This document shows positions 1 through 12,300 of a DNA stretch of 64,000 nucleotides, in pieces. Both the position numbers and the translations under genes were made by a program. Numbering within the stretch: the stretch's first letter is position 1; each line of letters opens with the position of its first letter. Location of the stretch: positions 128,001-192,000 of the forward strand of contig CAWFOM010000010.1 of the NCBI GenBank assembly GCA_963817385.1, read 5' to 3'. Origin of the DNA: an uncultured delta proteobacterium (GTDB taxonomy: Bacteria > Desulfobacterota > Syntrophia > Syntrophales > UBA5619). Below the pieces are notes generated by a model, which made no database searches, was not told the origin of the DNA, and saw only the letters and a program-made list of their open reading frames with translations.

Positions 1-898
1 AGTGGATAAAACGAATACCTTTCGTTTTACAGAGGAGCTCTTCTGCTTCGACGAGACCGGATATCCTGTCCGTAGGTAGATCTATCTGGGTTACGTCTCC
101 GGTGATCACAGCTTTGGATCCATATCCGAGCCTCGTCAGGAACATTTTCATCTGCTCAGATGTAGTGTTCTGAGCTTCATCGAGTATAACGAAGGAATCA
201 TTGAGCGTACGGCCTCTCATGAAAGCCAGCGGGGCGACCTCAATCACCCCCTTGCTAATCAGGGCTGAAGCGCGGTCAAAATCAATCATGTCAAAGAGAG
301 CATCGTAGAGAGGACGTAGATAGGGATTGACTTTTTCTGAAAGATCGCCGGGCAGGAAACCAAGTTTTTCGCCTGCTTCGACGGCGGGTCTCGCTAAAGA
401 TATGCGATTGACTTTTTTCCCCAGGAGTGCGGAAATGGCCATTGCCATGGCCAGATAGGTCTTTCCTGTTCCTGCTGGGCCGATACCAAAGACCATATCC
501 GAGTTCCTGATCGCATCAATATAGAGTTTCTGGGCGATACTTTTTGGGGTGATGATCCGCCTTTTCGAGGAGATAAAAACGGTGTCCAGAAAGATACGCT
601 CCAGATCAGCAGTACAATCTTCAGAAAGGATGCGGTGAGCATATTCAATGTCGGCAGGGAAAATGGGATATCCTTTTCTGGTGATTTGATACAACTGTGC
701 AAGAAGGTTTCGGATAAGATTTACAGATAGCTGGCTGCCGGTTATTGAGACTATATTCCCCCGCATAATGAGCTTTACAGCTTCGAGCTGCTCGATAAGC
801 TTGAGATTCCTATCATGCTCACCGAAGAGACTGACGAGAATATCGTTATCAGCAAAAATGACCTTTTCCAAAATTTCGTATTCAATCTTTTTCTTCAA
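1..898 (-). CDS. phoH: PhoH family ATPase (3' end runs off the window)
   Basis: Manual translation from TTG at 898 ([19 protein letters not shown]...); Walker [63 protein letters not shown]; not in ORF track because it is truncated. Confidence 0.93.
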   Translation of the reverse strand, partial: MKKKIEYEILEKVIFADNDILVSLFGEHDRNLKLIEQLEAVKLIMRGNIVSITGSQLSVNLIRNLLAQLYQITRKGYPIFPADIEYAHRILSEDCTADLERIFLDTVFISSKRRIITPKSIAQKLYIDAIRNSDMVFGIGPAGTGKTYLAMAMAISALLGKKVNRISLARPAVEAGEKLGFLPGDLSEKVNPYLRPLYDALFDMIDFDRASALISKGVIEVAPLAFMRGRTLNDSFVILDEAQNTTSEQMKMFLTRLGYGSKAVITGDVTQIDLPTDRISGLVEAEELLCKTKGIRFIH

Positions 899-1101
899 TA
901 ACAGTCGCACCTTTGATGAAAGACTTGCAAACTAAATGTTCTTAAAAGAGTATAGATGCATTTTTATAATATAATTTTAAATTATCCTCAAGATTATATT
1001 CAATCTCAGCTCTCTGATCAAGCTGCGGAAAATCTTCGATCATTAATGAATACACCATTCGATATTCGCTCGCTTATCCGGCGATAAAGCTGGAGTTGCC
1101 C

Positions 1102-1941
1102 CTATTTGACCAGACACGGTTCTAACTTAACTTGGTTTCTTCTATACTCCCTGGGCGACTTCATTTTCAACCCCTTGTGGGGATGATATTCATTATAATC
1201 CTGGAACCATCCGGGGATCTTCTCTAAAACTGTTCTGGCATCGTGCAAAGGGTTCATATGGACATAGTCCCGTTTGAAGGTCTTGACGAACGACTCTGCC
1301 ATCCCGTTGGACTCAGGGCTGTAATAAGGGGTCGTGCAGACCTCAAAACCCATCATCCGCGCAAAATTCTGTGTCTCATGAGCAACGTAAGCCGGACCGT
1401 TGTCGCTGAGCCATTGGATCTTCTTCGGAACCCGATCCACAAGACCGAAACGGGCCTCGATTGCCTCTGCCATGAGATCCCGAACCATGTCCCCGGAGAT
1501 GCCTCCCGTTGTGGCCACATAGCTCATGATTTCCCGGTCGCAACAGTCCATGCTGAAGGCTATCCGTATCCGCTCCCCGTTCCAGCAGGCGATCTCAAAG
1601 CCATCCGAACACCAGCGGAGATTGCTCCGGAACATCTGGACTCTCCCATCATGAATCCGCACCGGCCTTCCCGTATGCCGCTGCAGAAGGAGACCGTTCT
1701 TTTTCATGATCCGATAAACCCGCTTGTGGTTCACGGACTCTTTTCCCAGTTGGCGAGTGAGAAGCGCCGTCACTCTTCTATACCCATAAGTAGCACGGTC
1801 ATCCACAATCTTACGAATGAGAGGAAGATATTCATCATCCTGAGCCTTGTGGCAAAAGCGCTTGCCGCCTTGTCGGTTATTCATGCGCTTCTCATACTGA
1901 TGCGTTCGAGAAACCCCCATTGTCTCAGCAATCGCCTTCAT
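1102..1941 (-). CDS. IS3-family transposase OrfB (DDE integrase core)
   Basis: YGYRRV, VNHKRVYRIM, WCSDGFE / LSDNGPAY / SNGMAESFVKTFK DDE motifs. Confidence 0.95.
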   Translation of the reverse strand: MKAIAETMGVSRTHQYEKRMNNRQGGKRFCHKAQDDEYLPLIRKIVDDRATYGYRRVTALLTRQLGKESVNHKRVYRIMKKNGLLLQRHTGRPVRIHDGRVQMFRSNLRWCSDGFEIACWNGERIRIAFSMDCCDREIMSYVATTGGISGDMVRDLMAEAIEARFGLVDRVPKKIQWLSDNGPAYVAHETQNFARMMGFEVCTTPYYSPESNGMAESFVKTFKRDYVHMNPLHDARTVLEKIPGWFQDYNEYHPHKGLKMKSPREYRRNQVKLEPCLVK

Positions 1942-2321
1942 CGGATATCGTCCTTCTCCAACAAGGGAACCCGCGAGATCAGTTTTTTTTCGCGGGCAAT
2001 CCGGATTGCATCCTTCAGGATCTCCACTTCCATCGTCTTGCGGCCCAACAGTCTCTCTAACTCACGAATCCTCGACCGCAGATCCCTTGCCTCAGAAACG
2101 GGGACCACCGCTTCACCGGCACCAACGGCAGAGAGCGCTCCTTCGTGCATCAACCTGCGCCACTTGAACAGCTGGTTCGGATGCAACCCGTACTTGCGGG
2201 CCACTGCCGATATGCTCATCCCTGGCTGCTCAGTCTCCTCAACGATAGCCTTCTTCTCGCCAGGTGACCATCGCCGTCGGCGCTGCACCGATGTAATGAT
2301 TTCAACAGGTCCCATTGACAC
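1938..2321 (-). CDS. IS3-family transposase OrfA (HTH)
   Basis: RRRRWSPGEKKAIV...SISAVARKYGLHPNQLFKWRR; A8 run (1983-1990, minus strand) is a plausible -1 frameshift site; ATGA overlap with orfB. Confidence 0.93.
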   Translation of the reverse strand: MSMGPVEIITSVQRRRRWSPGEKKAIVEETEQPGMSISAVARKYGLHPNQLFKWRRLMHEGALSAVGAGEAVVPVSEARDLRSRIRELERLLGRKTMEVEILKDAIRIAREKKLISRVPLLEKDDIR

Positions 2322-2443
2322 CTTCTTTCTGGTTGTAGTGATATCACTATATCTATTCCTACAACTTATTTCCAGATTCTAGGTGTCCGGTCAAAAGGGG
2401 GGCTACTCCAAAAGCGTGGGCATGAGTTCGCTGCTGGATTCAA

Positions 2444-3589
2444 TCATAATGAACCCTCTATCTTTCTTACCGTTTCAAAACCGGAAATCTCTCGATATAT
2501 TGCATCATTTCCGATTATCAGAATAATTGCTCTTTTCGGATCAAGATAACGGGCAGCCTTCAGGATGTCGTTTACGGTCATCTTCTCTATGTTGTCACGG
2601 TAAGCAATAAGATAATCTTCAGGTAGATCCTCATATTCTGTCATCATCTGTTGAAAGGCTATCTTGTCTGCTGAGCTAAAAGAAAAAATAAACCTATTGA
2701 TTATCGCACTTTTTGTTTTTTTCAATTCATCAAGCAGGACAGGTTTTTTATTGATGTCCTGAATAATCCCACGTATCAATGAAATAACTTCGATAGTCGA
2801 TTCGGATTTTGTGAGTGCATAGGCGCCGAAGAAACCGTATTCGCTTTTTGCAGTGTAAAAACTGCCTGCGCTGTATGCCAGTCCACGATCGGTTCTGATT
2901 TTTTGAAACATCTTCGATCTAAAGCCTCCGCTCCCGGTGATAAAATCGATGATTTCAAACGGGGGGAATTGGGGATCATTTTTTGACGGGGCAGTCCAGC
3001 CGAAAATTATGACGGACTGAGGAGTATCTTTTGGGAGGAATAAAATCCCCTCTTCCTGCGGATGAGGAAGAGGAGGGACTTCCACCCTCGTTTCTGAGGA
3101 CTTCCATCTCCCGAAATATCGGTTTATGATGGATTCCGATTCATTTCGGTCGATATCACCACTTATTGATATCATTACCCTTTCCGGGTGATAGAACAGA
3201 TCATGATTACGGAATAGATCCTCTCTTTGAATGCGTTTGACGGAGTTCTGTGTGACGAGTCGCCCCCGGGGAGAGCCTTCATGCATGAGCCGCCCGAATT
3301 CACGAAAAGCAAGTTTCTGCATGCTGCCGGTCCGTATCAGAGCAGTGATTTTTATCAGGGGAAGTTCATGGTCCTCAAGGATATAGAGGACGAGGCCGTT
3401 TTTGAGAATAACACGGTTCGCCGTTGGAGGTACGAAAGTAAAAGGTTTGTATTGAATCCGTTCTGGATCGGGTAATGACGGCAATGTCGCCGCCGAAGAA
3501 ATTGTAGGGATTAAAACAATGAGAAGTATCGAGACGAGGACTATACCCGCTGATAGAGATTTTATATGTGCGATGTGTTTACGTATCAT
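2444..3589 (-). CDS. M16 peptidase, non-catalytic subunit (appears internally shortened)
   Basis: Signal peptide; LKNGLVLYILEDHELP; GSGGFRSKMFQKIRTDRGLAYS; no HxxEH. Confidence 0.85.
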   Translation of the reverse strand: MIRKHIAHIKSLSAGIVLVSILLIVLIPTISSAATLPSLPDPERIQYKPFTFVPPTANRVILKNGLVLYILEDHELPLIKITALIRTGSMQKLAFREFGRLMHEGSPRGRLVTQNSVKRIQREDLFRNHDLFYHPERVMISISGDIDRNESESIINRYFGRWKSSETRVEVPPLPHPQEEGILFLPKDTPQSVIIFGWTAPSKNDPQFPPFEIIDFITGSGGFRSKMFQKIRTDRGLAYSAGSFYTAKSEYGFFGAYALTKSESTIEVISLIRGIIQDINKKPVLLDELKKTKSAIINRFIFSFSSADKIAFQQMMTEYEDLPEDYLIAYRDNIEKMTVNDILKAARYLDPKRAIILIIGNDAIYREISGFETVRKIEGSL

Positions 3590-3591
3590 AT

Positions 3592-5091
3592 CTAAGGTTC
3601 CCTTATGAGTTCAGCCGCCGTTTTGTTTTCACGCGTCAGGTACGTTTGCGCTGCTTGTAGAATATCGTATGGAGTGATCTTGTCGATGATGTCGGCATAA
3701 GTCGTAAGGTAACTGTAATCCCCTAGAAGCGCTTCATAGTATGAAAGCATTCCAGCAATGCCGGCATTGGAATCGAGTCCTCTTATGAAGTCAGCCCGTA
3801 TTTGATTCTTTACTTTTACAAGTTCAACGCTGGTAACCGGTTCGCTTTTTAGCCTTTCCAATTCTCCATCGATCGCCAGTTCCAGGTCCCCGCAGGTGTG
3901 AGGAGGGCGTGGTGTTGCAAAGATGAGGAACTGATTCCGATATCGAGCGCCTGGCAGGCCGTTGACAGCCTGAATGCTTTCAGCAAGCTGCCTTTCTTCC
4001 ACAAGTGATTTGAAAAGCCTTGCTGTTCTTCCATGGGTGAGTATTGATTCGATGACGTCAAATACATGATCAACATGGTCAGGAGGCGACGGTTTATGGT
4101 AACCGGTGATTATCTTTGGCTCGGCAGCGAAGAGGACTTCAACCCTTCTCTCTCCTGATTGAACCGCTTCTTCCGTGATCGGGAATGATGAAAGTTTTTT
4201 TGAAGGGATGTGGCTAAAATATTTTTCAACGATCTTGAGTACATCAACAGATTTGACATCTCCGACAACAGCGATGACCGTATTGCTCGGTGCATGCGTT
4301 CTTCGAAAAAAATTCCTCATGTATGCAAGATCGAGGAAGCGCATGTCGGACGGCCACCCCAGAATCGGTCGTCGATAAGGATGTGTGATAAAAGCGGCAG
4401 AGAGGTAGCTTTCAAGAAGTTTACCATCGGGATCGGATTCGGAACGCTGTCTTCTTTCCTCCATCACCACGCTACGCTCGGTATAAAACTCACGAAATAC
4501 GGGATGCATCATCCGATCAGATTCGATTCTGGCCCAGAGTTCGATCCGGTTTGCAGGAATACTAACTTGATAGGTGGTAAGATCCTGACCAGTTGAGGCA
4601 TTGAGGCCAACGGCACCGTTTTCTCCATACAGCCTGTCTACTTCATTGGAGAGAATCTGGCCCTGGTGTGTCTTCTGGAGAGTGGTCAAATGCCGGGTAA
4701 GACGATCGAGGATCGCCTGATCGGCAGCTTTACCCCGCATTGCTTCTCGATCGATGGCGACTCCAACCTTCTCGATCTGACGAATGATTTTCACTTCTCG
4801 ACGATAATTCCGAGTTCCGATAGTTTTTGTGCCTTTGAACATCATGTGTTCGAGAAGGTGCGCCGTTCCGGTCTTACCGTCGGCTTCATCCACGGCCCCG
4901 GCTCGATAGCGTATATAAATCGAAACGGTAGGGCTCAGATGGCGTTCCAAAATCAAAAGCCGAAGACCATTTTTTAAGGTAAATGACTGAACTCGTTTCG
5001 CCAGTTCATACGAGGAAGCATGGGGGCAAGGGAAAATAAATAATGCCAATGATGTTAAAGTGATAAAAAATAATTTCTTATTCAGGATCAT
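3592..5091 (-). CDS. M16 (insulinase/pitrilysin) zinc peptidase, catalytic subunit
   Basis: Signal peptide from ATG 5091; AHLLEHMMFKGT (HxxEH), NASTGQD, ERSVVMEERR, HPYRRPILGW. Confidence 0.92.
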   Translation of the reverse strand: MILNKKLFFITLTSLALFIFPCPHASSYELAKRVQSFTLKNGLRLLILERHLSPTVSIYIRYRAGAVDEADGKTGTAHLLEHMMFKGTKTIGTRNYRREVKIIRQIEKVGVAIDREAMRGKAADQAILDRLTRHLTTLQKTHQGQILSNEVDRLYGENGAVGLNASTGQDLTTYQVSIPANRIELWARIESDRMMHPVFREFYTERSVVMEERRQRSESDPDGKLLESYLSAAFITHPYRRPILGWPSDMRFLDLAYMRNFFRRTHAPSNTVIAVVGDVKSVDVLKIVEKYFSHIPSKKLSSFPITEEAVQSGERRVEVLFAAEPKIITGYHKPSPPDHVDHVFDVIESILTHGRTARLFKSLVEERQLAESIQAVNGLPGARYRNQFLIFATPRPPHTCGDLELAIDGELERLKSEPVTSVELVKVKNQIRADFIRGLDSNAGIAGMLSYYEALLGDYSYLTTYADIIDKITPYDILQAAQTYLTRENKTAAELIREP

Positions 5092-5317
5092 GATCGAGCT
5101 TCCGATGTCTGAAGAAGGCATGGACCTGAAAAGTGGGATAAATTAAACCGACAAGGCTAACCAAAACCATAAGGGAGGAGGAGAAGAAATACATGATAAA
5201 TTCATGTGGGTTATTAAGATAAAAAACGCCAACGAGTGTCTCAATGCCGAATGCAAGAAAAAAAAGCGAGAATATGGCAATTAAAATATTTTTCCCCCAC
5301 CAGAGACATGAGCCCAT
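5078..5317 (-). CDS. Small two-TM membrane protein
   Basis: 79 aa, two hydrophobic segments, AGGAG SD upstream, overlaps start of M16 gene. Confidence 0.65.
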   Translation of the reverse strand: MGSCLWWGKNILIAIFSLFFLAFGIETLVGVFYLNNPHEFIMYFFSSSLMVLVSLVGLIYPTFQVHAFFRHRKLDHDPE

Positions 5318-5343
5318 TGAATTTATCTCCTATATCCGTGAAA

Positions 5344-5373
5344 ATAGTACATCATATCAGGATCTTTTGTCAA
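5344..5373 (-). promoter_or_regulatory. Putative sigma70 promoter for small membrane protein/M16 operon
   Basis: TTGACA-18nt-TACTAT on minus strand. Confidence 0.55.
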
Positions 5374-5378
5374 GCATC

Positions 5379-6734
5379 TTAAAAAGTGGGATCATCTTTT
5401 CGCGTCATAAGTTTTAATCCCTGATACATTTCCCAGGTGAGTGAGTCATTTCGGCAGGGAAGGAGAGAGTTGTTTTGAAACAGGGGTTCATCGGCAATGG
5501 GATAAGGTGATGAAGCTATAGCCTCATTCCACAACCCTGTTCCCGGTATAGGAGAATATTCGGCGATAATCGGATGCGCATCAGCGGATTGAACGAAACG
5601 GATACTATCCATAACCTCTTCTGCAGATTGTCCGGGAAGTCCACAGAGAAGATACACACCAATATCCTCATTCCTATAACCGGCGCGTTGTAGGTGTGCG
5701 ACAGCCTCCTTAAATTCTTTGTTATCGACTTTACCGCCGGTCACGGTTTGTCGGAGGACATTTGATGTTTCGAGCCCGAAACGGAGTGTCTTGAAACCCG
5801 CTTTAAACATGAGTGATCCCAACTCTGACGTGATTTCACGGAGATGAAGTCCGTTTGGGCAGTGGAATGAAATTGGCAAGTCCCTACGGATGATCTCCTG
5901 CAAGAGGGGAATCACCATTTCATTAGGGTCAACCAGAAGGGCATCATCATAAAATGAAAAGTGCTTGATTCTTAAATGAGTATGCCAGTATTCAATCTCA
6001 TCAGCGACACGGATTGGATCACGCCTCTGAAATCGGTCGTTGAGAAGGTGTGAGGCACAGTAGCTGCAGCGGTAAGGACACCCCCTTGAGGTCATGATCG
6101 GAACATGATCAGGATGATGAATGAGATCGAAAGCAGGGTAGGGGTATGAATCGAGATTGTCATCCGGAATGAAAATCATATCCTGATTATACATATCCTT
6201 CAGAAGTGGAGGGATCGATAGTTCTCCAGGTCCGGATAAGGCAAAATCGGCCCCGGACCTCGATGCGTGCTCCGGGAGGAGGGTCACATAATTTCCGCCA
6301 AGAATGACTGGCACCCCGGGAAACGTCTGATTCATGAGATTGATTGTGTCGAAAACAGCCGGATACCAGTATGTCATCATCGATGTGATCATGATGAAAT
6401 CCGGCTTGGGTATTGATTTAGAGTATTCAGCAAAGATTTCTAGTTTGATACCATATCGGCTGTAATTGCGAGGAACATGCTTTAGAGCGGTAGGCTTGGA
6501 AATTTCTTCTTTCGCATATGTTCCTTCACCAGATAATTTTCTTTTCGGCAACAGGCACTTTTTTGAAAAAATCATATCTGGATGATAGGGATCGAGGCAA
6601 TCCAGAAAAAAGACATTTACCCTGTTTATCCTTAGAAGTGAAGCCAAAGAGAGCAGACCTATCGGCTTGTTCCAGAAGTCATAGGCGGCAAAGTCATATA
6701 TCCATGGATTTATCAGTAGAACGTTACGAATCAT
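5379..6734 (-). CDS. B12-binding domain radical SAM protein
   Basis: N-terminal LLINPWIYDFAAYDFW..PIGLL; TSRGCPYRCSYC (CxxxCxxC); FYDDALL; GLET. Confidence 0.9.
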   Translation of the reverse strand: MIRNVLLINPWIYDFAAYDFWNKPIGLLSLASLLRINRVNVFFLDCLDPYHPDMIFSKKCLLPKRKLSGEGTYAKEEISKPTALKHVPRNYSRYGIKLEIFAEYSKSIPKPDFIMITSMMTYWYPAVFDTINLMNQTFPGVPVILGGNYVTLLPEHASRSGADFALSGPGELSIPPLLKDMYNQDMIFIPDDNLDSYPYPAFDLIHHPDHVPIMTSRGCPYRCSYCASHLLNDRFQRRDPIRVADEIEYWHTHLRIKHFSFYDDALLVDPNEMVIPLLQEIIRRDLPISFHCPNGLHLREITSELGSLMFKAGFKTLRFGLETSNVLRQTVTGGKVDNKEFKEAVAHLQRAGYRNEDIGVYLLCGLPGQSAEEVMDSIRFVQSADAHPIIAEYSPIPGTGLWNEAIASSPYPIADEPLFQNNSLLPCRNDSLTWEMYQGLKLMTRKDDPTF

Positions 6735-6913
6735 AAAGAACAGATAGCATATATTTTTGTCACTGGCGATCGGTGTTTTTAAAGCTCCTGGAAATCAGAT
6801 TAATAATACTGAAAGCAATTTATTTATGGAGCGTAGCTGCTCATTTGGTGCTGAGAAAGTGCTTGAAGCAAATAGCGATTGTTGCTACTATGCTTTATTC
6901 AAAAGGGCGTTAC

Positions 6914-7363
6914 ATGAGATCTGTTGTGCAGAGGGTTGATAGGGCTGATGTTCGGGTCGGAGACAGATGCATCTCCGGTATAGAAAAGGGAGTTCTCGTA
7001 TTCCTCGGGATAGAACAGGGAGATCAAGAAAGCGACGCAGATTACCTTACAGAAAAGATAATAAACTTAAGGATCTTTGAAGATGACCAAGGAAAGATGA
7101 ATCTTTCACTTCTCGACATGCAGGGAGAAATGCTTATCATATCTCAATTCACCCTTTTAGGTGACTGCCGGAAGGGAAGAAGGCCTTCGTTCACTGGAGC
7201 TGAAGAACCAAATCTTGCAGAAAAGATTTATGATTACTTCATATTCAAGGCGAAGCAAAAAGTTAAACGCGTTTCCCAAGGAAAGTTCCAGACCACGATG
7301 TTGATCGAACTTGTAAACAACGGGCCTGTTACGGTTCTTTTGGATAGCAGAAAACGCTTTTAA
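6914..7363 (+). CDS. dtd: D-aminoacyl-tRNA deacylase
   Basis: MRSVVQRV, LRIFED..GKMNLSL, SQFTL, GRRPSF, NNGPVT. Confidence 0.96.
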   Translation: MRSVVQRVDRADVRVGDRCISGIEKGVLVFLGIEQGDQESDADYLTEKIINLRIFEDDQGKMNLSLLDMQGEMLIISQFTLLGDCRKGRRPSFTGAEEPNLAEKIYDYFIFKAKQKVKRVSQGKFQTTMLIELVNNGPVTVLLDSRKRF

Positions 7364-7368
7364 AGACC

Positions 7369-7848
7369 ATGATACAATTTAATAATAACGCTGAGATACG
7401 GATAGATGCGGAAGGGATATGGTATTTTCATGGGGAAGAGATGAAACGGCAAGATATTGTACAGCACTTTTATCATCACCTCAAAAAGGATGGCAATGGT
7501 AATTATCTGATTGAGATTGAAAATGACCGTTGTCTCGTGAGTGTAGAAGATGCGCCATATGTCATCAGGAGCGTTTCTGTGAGCTGTTCTAAATATGATA
7601 GGAAACTGTGCATTGAAATTACTATTTCTGATGGAAGCAGTGAAGAATTGAATCATGATACACCCCTCTGGATAGGGGACGATAATATTATGTACTGCAG
7701 GGTGAAACGTGGAGAATTCACAGCGCGTTTTTCTCGTTCTGCCTATTATCAGCTTTGTGAAAATGCTGAATATGACCCAGCGAGAGAACAGTATTTCATC
7801 AACTTAATTGATCGTTCATACCCTATAGAATCCATTAAACAACCATAA
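7369..7848 (+). CDS. DUF1285-like protein
   Basis: IRIDAEGIWYFHG, VEDAPYV, ARFSRSAYYQL motifs. Confidence 0.75.
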   Translation: MIQFNNNAEIRIDAEGIWYFHGEEMKRQDIVQHFYHHLKKDGNGNYLIEIENDRCLVSVEDAPYVIRSVSVSCSKYDRKLCIEITISDGSSEELNHDTPLWIGDDNIMYCRVKRGEFTARFSRSAYYQLCENAEYDPAREQYFINLIDRSYPIESIKQP

Positions 7849-9324
<1,476 letters not shown>

Positions 9325-9327
9325 ATT

Positions 9328-12300
9328 ATGATACACGCTGATTTCGTTCATCTTCACGTTCACACTCAGTATAGCCTCCTCGACGGTACCATTCGTCTCA
9401 ATGATCTGTTACAAAAAGCAAAAGAATATCATATGCCGGCCGTTGCTATGACCGATCATGGAAATCTTTATGGAACGATAGATTTTTATAAGCATGCTTA
9501 TAAATACGGTATCAAACCGATTATCGGTTGTGAACTATATGTCGCACCAAAAAGCCGTTTTGATAAAACGGGCTATGGAATTGGTGAAACAGCGAATCAT
9601 CTGATAGTGCTTGCGAAAAACATGCAGGGATATAAAAACCTCATGAAGTTATCAACAACCGCTTATTTGGAAGGCTTTTATTACCGCCCTCGAATCGACA
9701 AGGAAATCCTTACCCAATACCATGACGGGCTCATCGGTATGAGTGCCTGTCTCCATGGTGAGATCTCAGCACATCTCCTCCGCGGTAATTCTGTAGACGC
9801 CCTTAGGTCAGCCGAGCAGTACAGGGATATTTTTGGCGAAGATAATTTCTTTATCGAAATCATGGAAAATGGTCTTCCGGACCAGAAAAGAGCCAATGAG
9901 GGCTTAATTGAACTTAGCAAAAAACATGGATTTCCCCTTGTAGCGACTAACGACTGTCATTATTTGAATCAAGGTGACGCGGAAGCCCATGAGGTTCTTC
10001 TTTGTATCCAGACGGGAAAAACGATGGAAGATTCAGACCGGATGAAATTTGCAACGGACCAGTTTTATTTCCGGTCGCCTGAAGAGATGAAACGCCTGTT
10101 TTCCTATTGTCCAGATGCTATTGATAATACGGTCAATATTGCGGAAAAATGTAATCTGACTTTCTCAACCGGCAGTTTCTTTCTTCCCCATTTTGAAATC
10201 AATCCCGATGAAACTCTGGATGACCGTCTGAAGCGGGAAGCGAAAGAAGGACTTGCGATGCTTCTCAGGAGCATCATGAAAGAAGTCGATGCGAATGTGC
10301 GAGAACAATACGAAAAGAGACTCCAACACGAACTGGAAATCATCCGCTCCATGGGGTTCGCAGGATATTTTCTCATCGTCTCGGACTTTATCAATTATGC
10401 CCGGAAAAAGAACATCCCGGTCGGGCCGGGACGGGGATCTGCCGCCGGCAGCCTTGTTGCTTATGCTATTGGAATAACCAGTATTGATCCAATCCGTTAT
10501 AATCTTTTTTTTGAGAGGTTTCTTAATCCTGATCGTATCAGCATGCCTGACATAGATACAGACTTTTGTCCGGAGGGAAGGGATGAGGTCATTCGCTATG
10601 TGACGGAAAAATACGGGAGCGATAAGGTATCGCAGATCATTACCTTCGGGAAGATGCAGGCACGAGCAGTCATCCGTGATGTCGGAAGGGCGATGAATAT
10701 CTCGTATGGTGAGGTAGACCGCATCGCCAAGATGATTCCCAATGTGCTAAATATCAAACTGGAAGAGGCCATCAAAAGGGAACCAAAACTTCGGGAGGAG
10801 GAGAAGAAAAATCCCCGTATTAAAAAACTTCTTGATCTGTCTCGTGCCCTTGAAGGTCTGAACCGTCATTCGTCGACCCATGCCGCGGGCGTCGTTATCT
10901 CGGATCTACCGTTAGTGGAGAGAATTCCCTTGTGCAAAAGCCCCAAGGATGACATCGTCACGCAATTCTCGATGAATGATATCGCAGAAGTAGGATTGAC
11001 AAAATTCGATTTTCTCGGCCTGAAAACCCTGACCGTTATCAAGAATGCACTCAAATTTATCCACGAGGGTCGTGGAATTGCCGTAGATATCGATAACCTT
11101 CCTCTTGATGATAGGAAGACATACGAATTGCTCATGCGCGGCGATACGGATGGGATCTTCCAATTGGAAAGTTCCGGTATGAAGGATATCCTCGCGAGAA
11201 TGAAACCGGATTGCATTGAGGATGTCATTGCACTGATAGCCCTTTACCGTCCAGGTCCTATGGATAACGTCCCCGAATTCATCGCGAGAAAACAGAGAAA
11301 AACAAAAATAGTTTTTGAAGTTCCCGAATTGGAAGTGATTCTAAAAGAGACCTATGGGGTCATCGTCTACCAGGAACAGGTTATGCAGATCGCAGTAGCC
11401 ATCGGCAATTATTCGATGTCGGAAGCCGATACGCTCCGTAAGGTCATGAGCAAAAAGAAGTCCGAGGAGATGGAGAGCAAAGAGAAGCCTAAGTTTCTGG
11501 AAGGAGCGCACAAAAAAAAGATTCCCGAAGCAAAAGCTGCAAAAATATGGGAACAAATGGAAACATTTGGTAAATACGGATTCAACAAATCTCATAGCAC
11601 TGCTTACGCAATTATTTCTTACCAGACGGCCTATCTTAAGGCCCATTATCCGGCTGAATTCATGGCGGCATTGTTGACCAGCGAGAAGGATAATCGGGAT
11701 AAAATTATTAGCCACATCAGCAGTTGCAAGGACATGGGGCTCAATGTCCTCCCTCCGGATATCAATGAGTCTATTAGCGATTTTAGCGTAGCAGGAGAGC
11801 ATATCCGATTTGGGCTTGCAGCGGTGAAGAATGTCGGTGTCGGTGCTATAGAATCTATCATATCTGTACGGCAGAACGATGGACCCTTCTCTTCCATTAT
11901 TGATTTCTGTGATCGTATCGATCCGAGAAAGGTCAATAAAAGGGTCATTGAGAGCCTCATCAAGTGCGGGGCGTTTGATTCCACGGGTCATAGAAGGCGG
12001 CAGTTGATGACCTGTTACGAAGAGATCATGGACAAGTCCCAGAGGCGTCAAAGAGAAAGATCGAGCGGTCAGGTCAATTTTCTCGAACAGATCGATAATC
12101 ATTATGATGCATCTTTATCAGGATCCATTAATTATCCGCTTCCCGATCTTCCCGAGTGGGATCACAAAGAGCTGTTGCTGAATGAAAAGGAAACAATCGG
12201 CTTTTATATTACCGGCCATCCTCTTTCGCGCTTTTCCGATCTTATGGGTGTGATTGTCAATGCTGATTCCTCTAACCTATCGAAAAAAACCGATCGCGAA

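Larger units (their letters stand above)
1091..2410 (-). mobile_element. IS3-family (IS2-like) insertion sequence, 1320 bp
   Basis: Imperfect terminal IRs TGGAGTTGCCCCTATTTGACCAGACAC (1091-1117) and revcomp TGGAGTAGCCCCCCTTTTGACCGGACAC (2383-2410); flanking 5-bp direct repeat AAAGC at 1086-1090 and 2411-2415; orfA + orfB inside. Confidence 0.95.
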
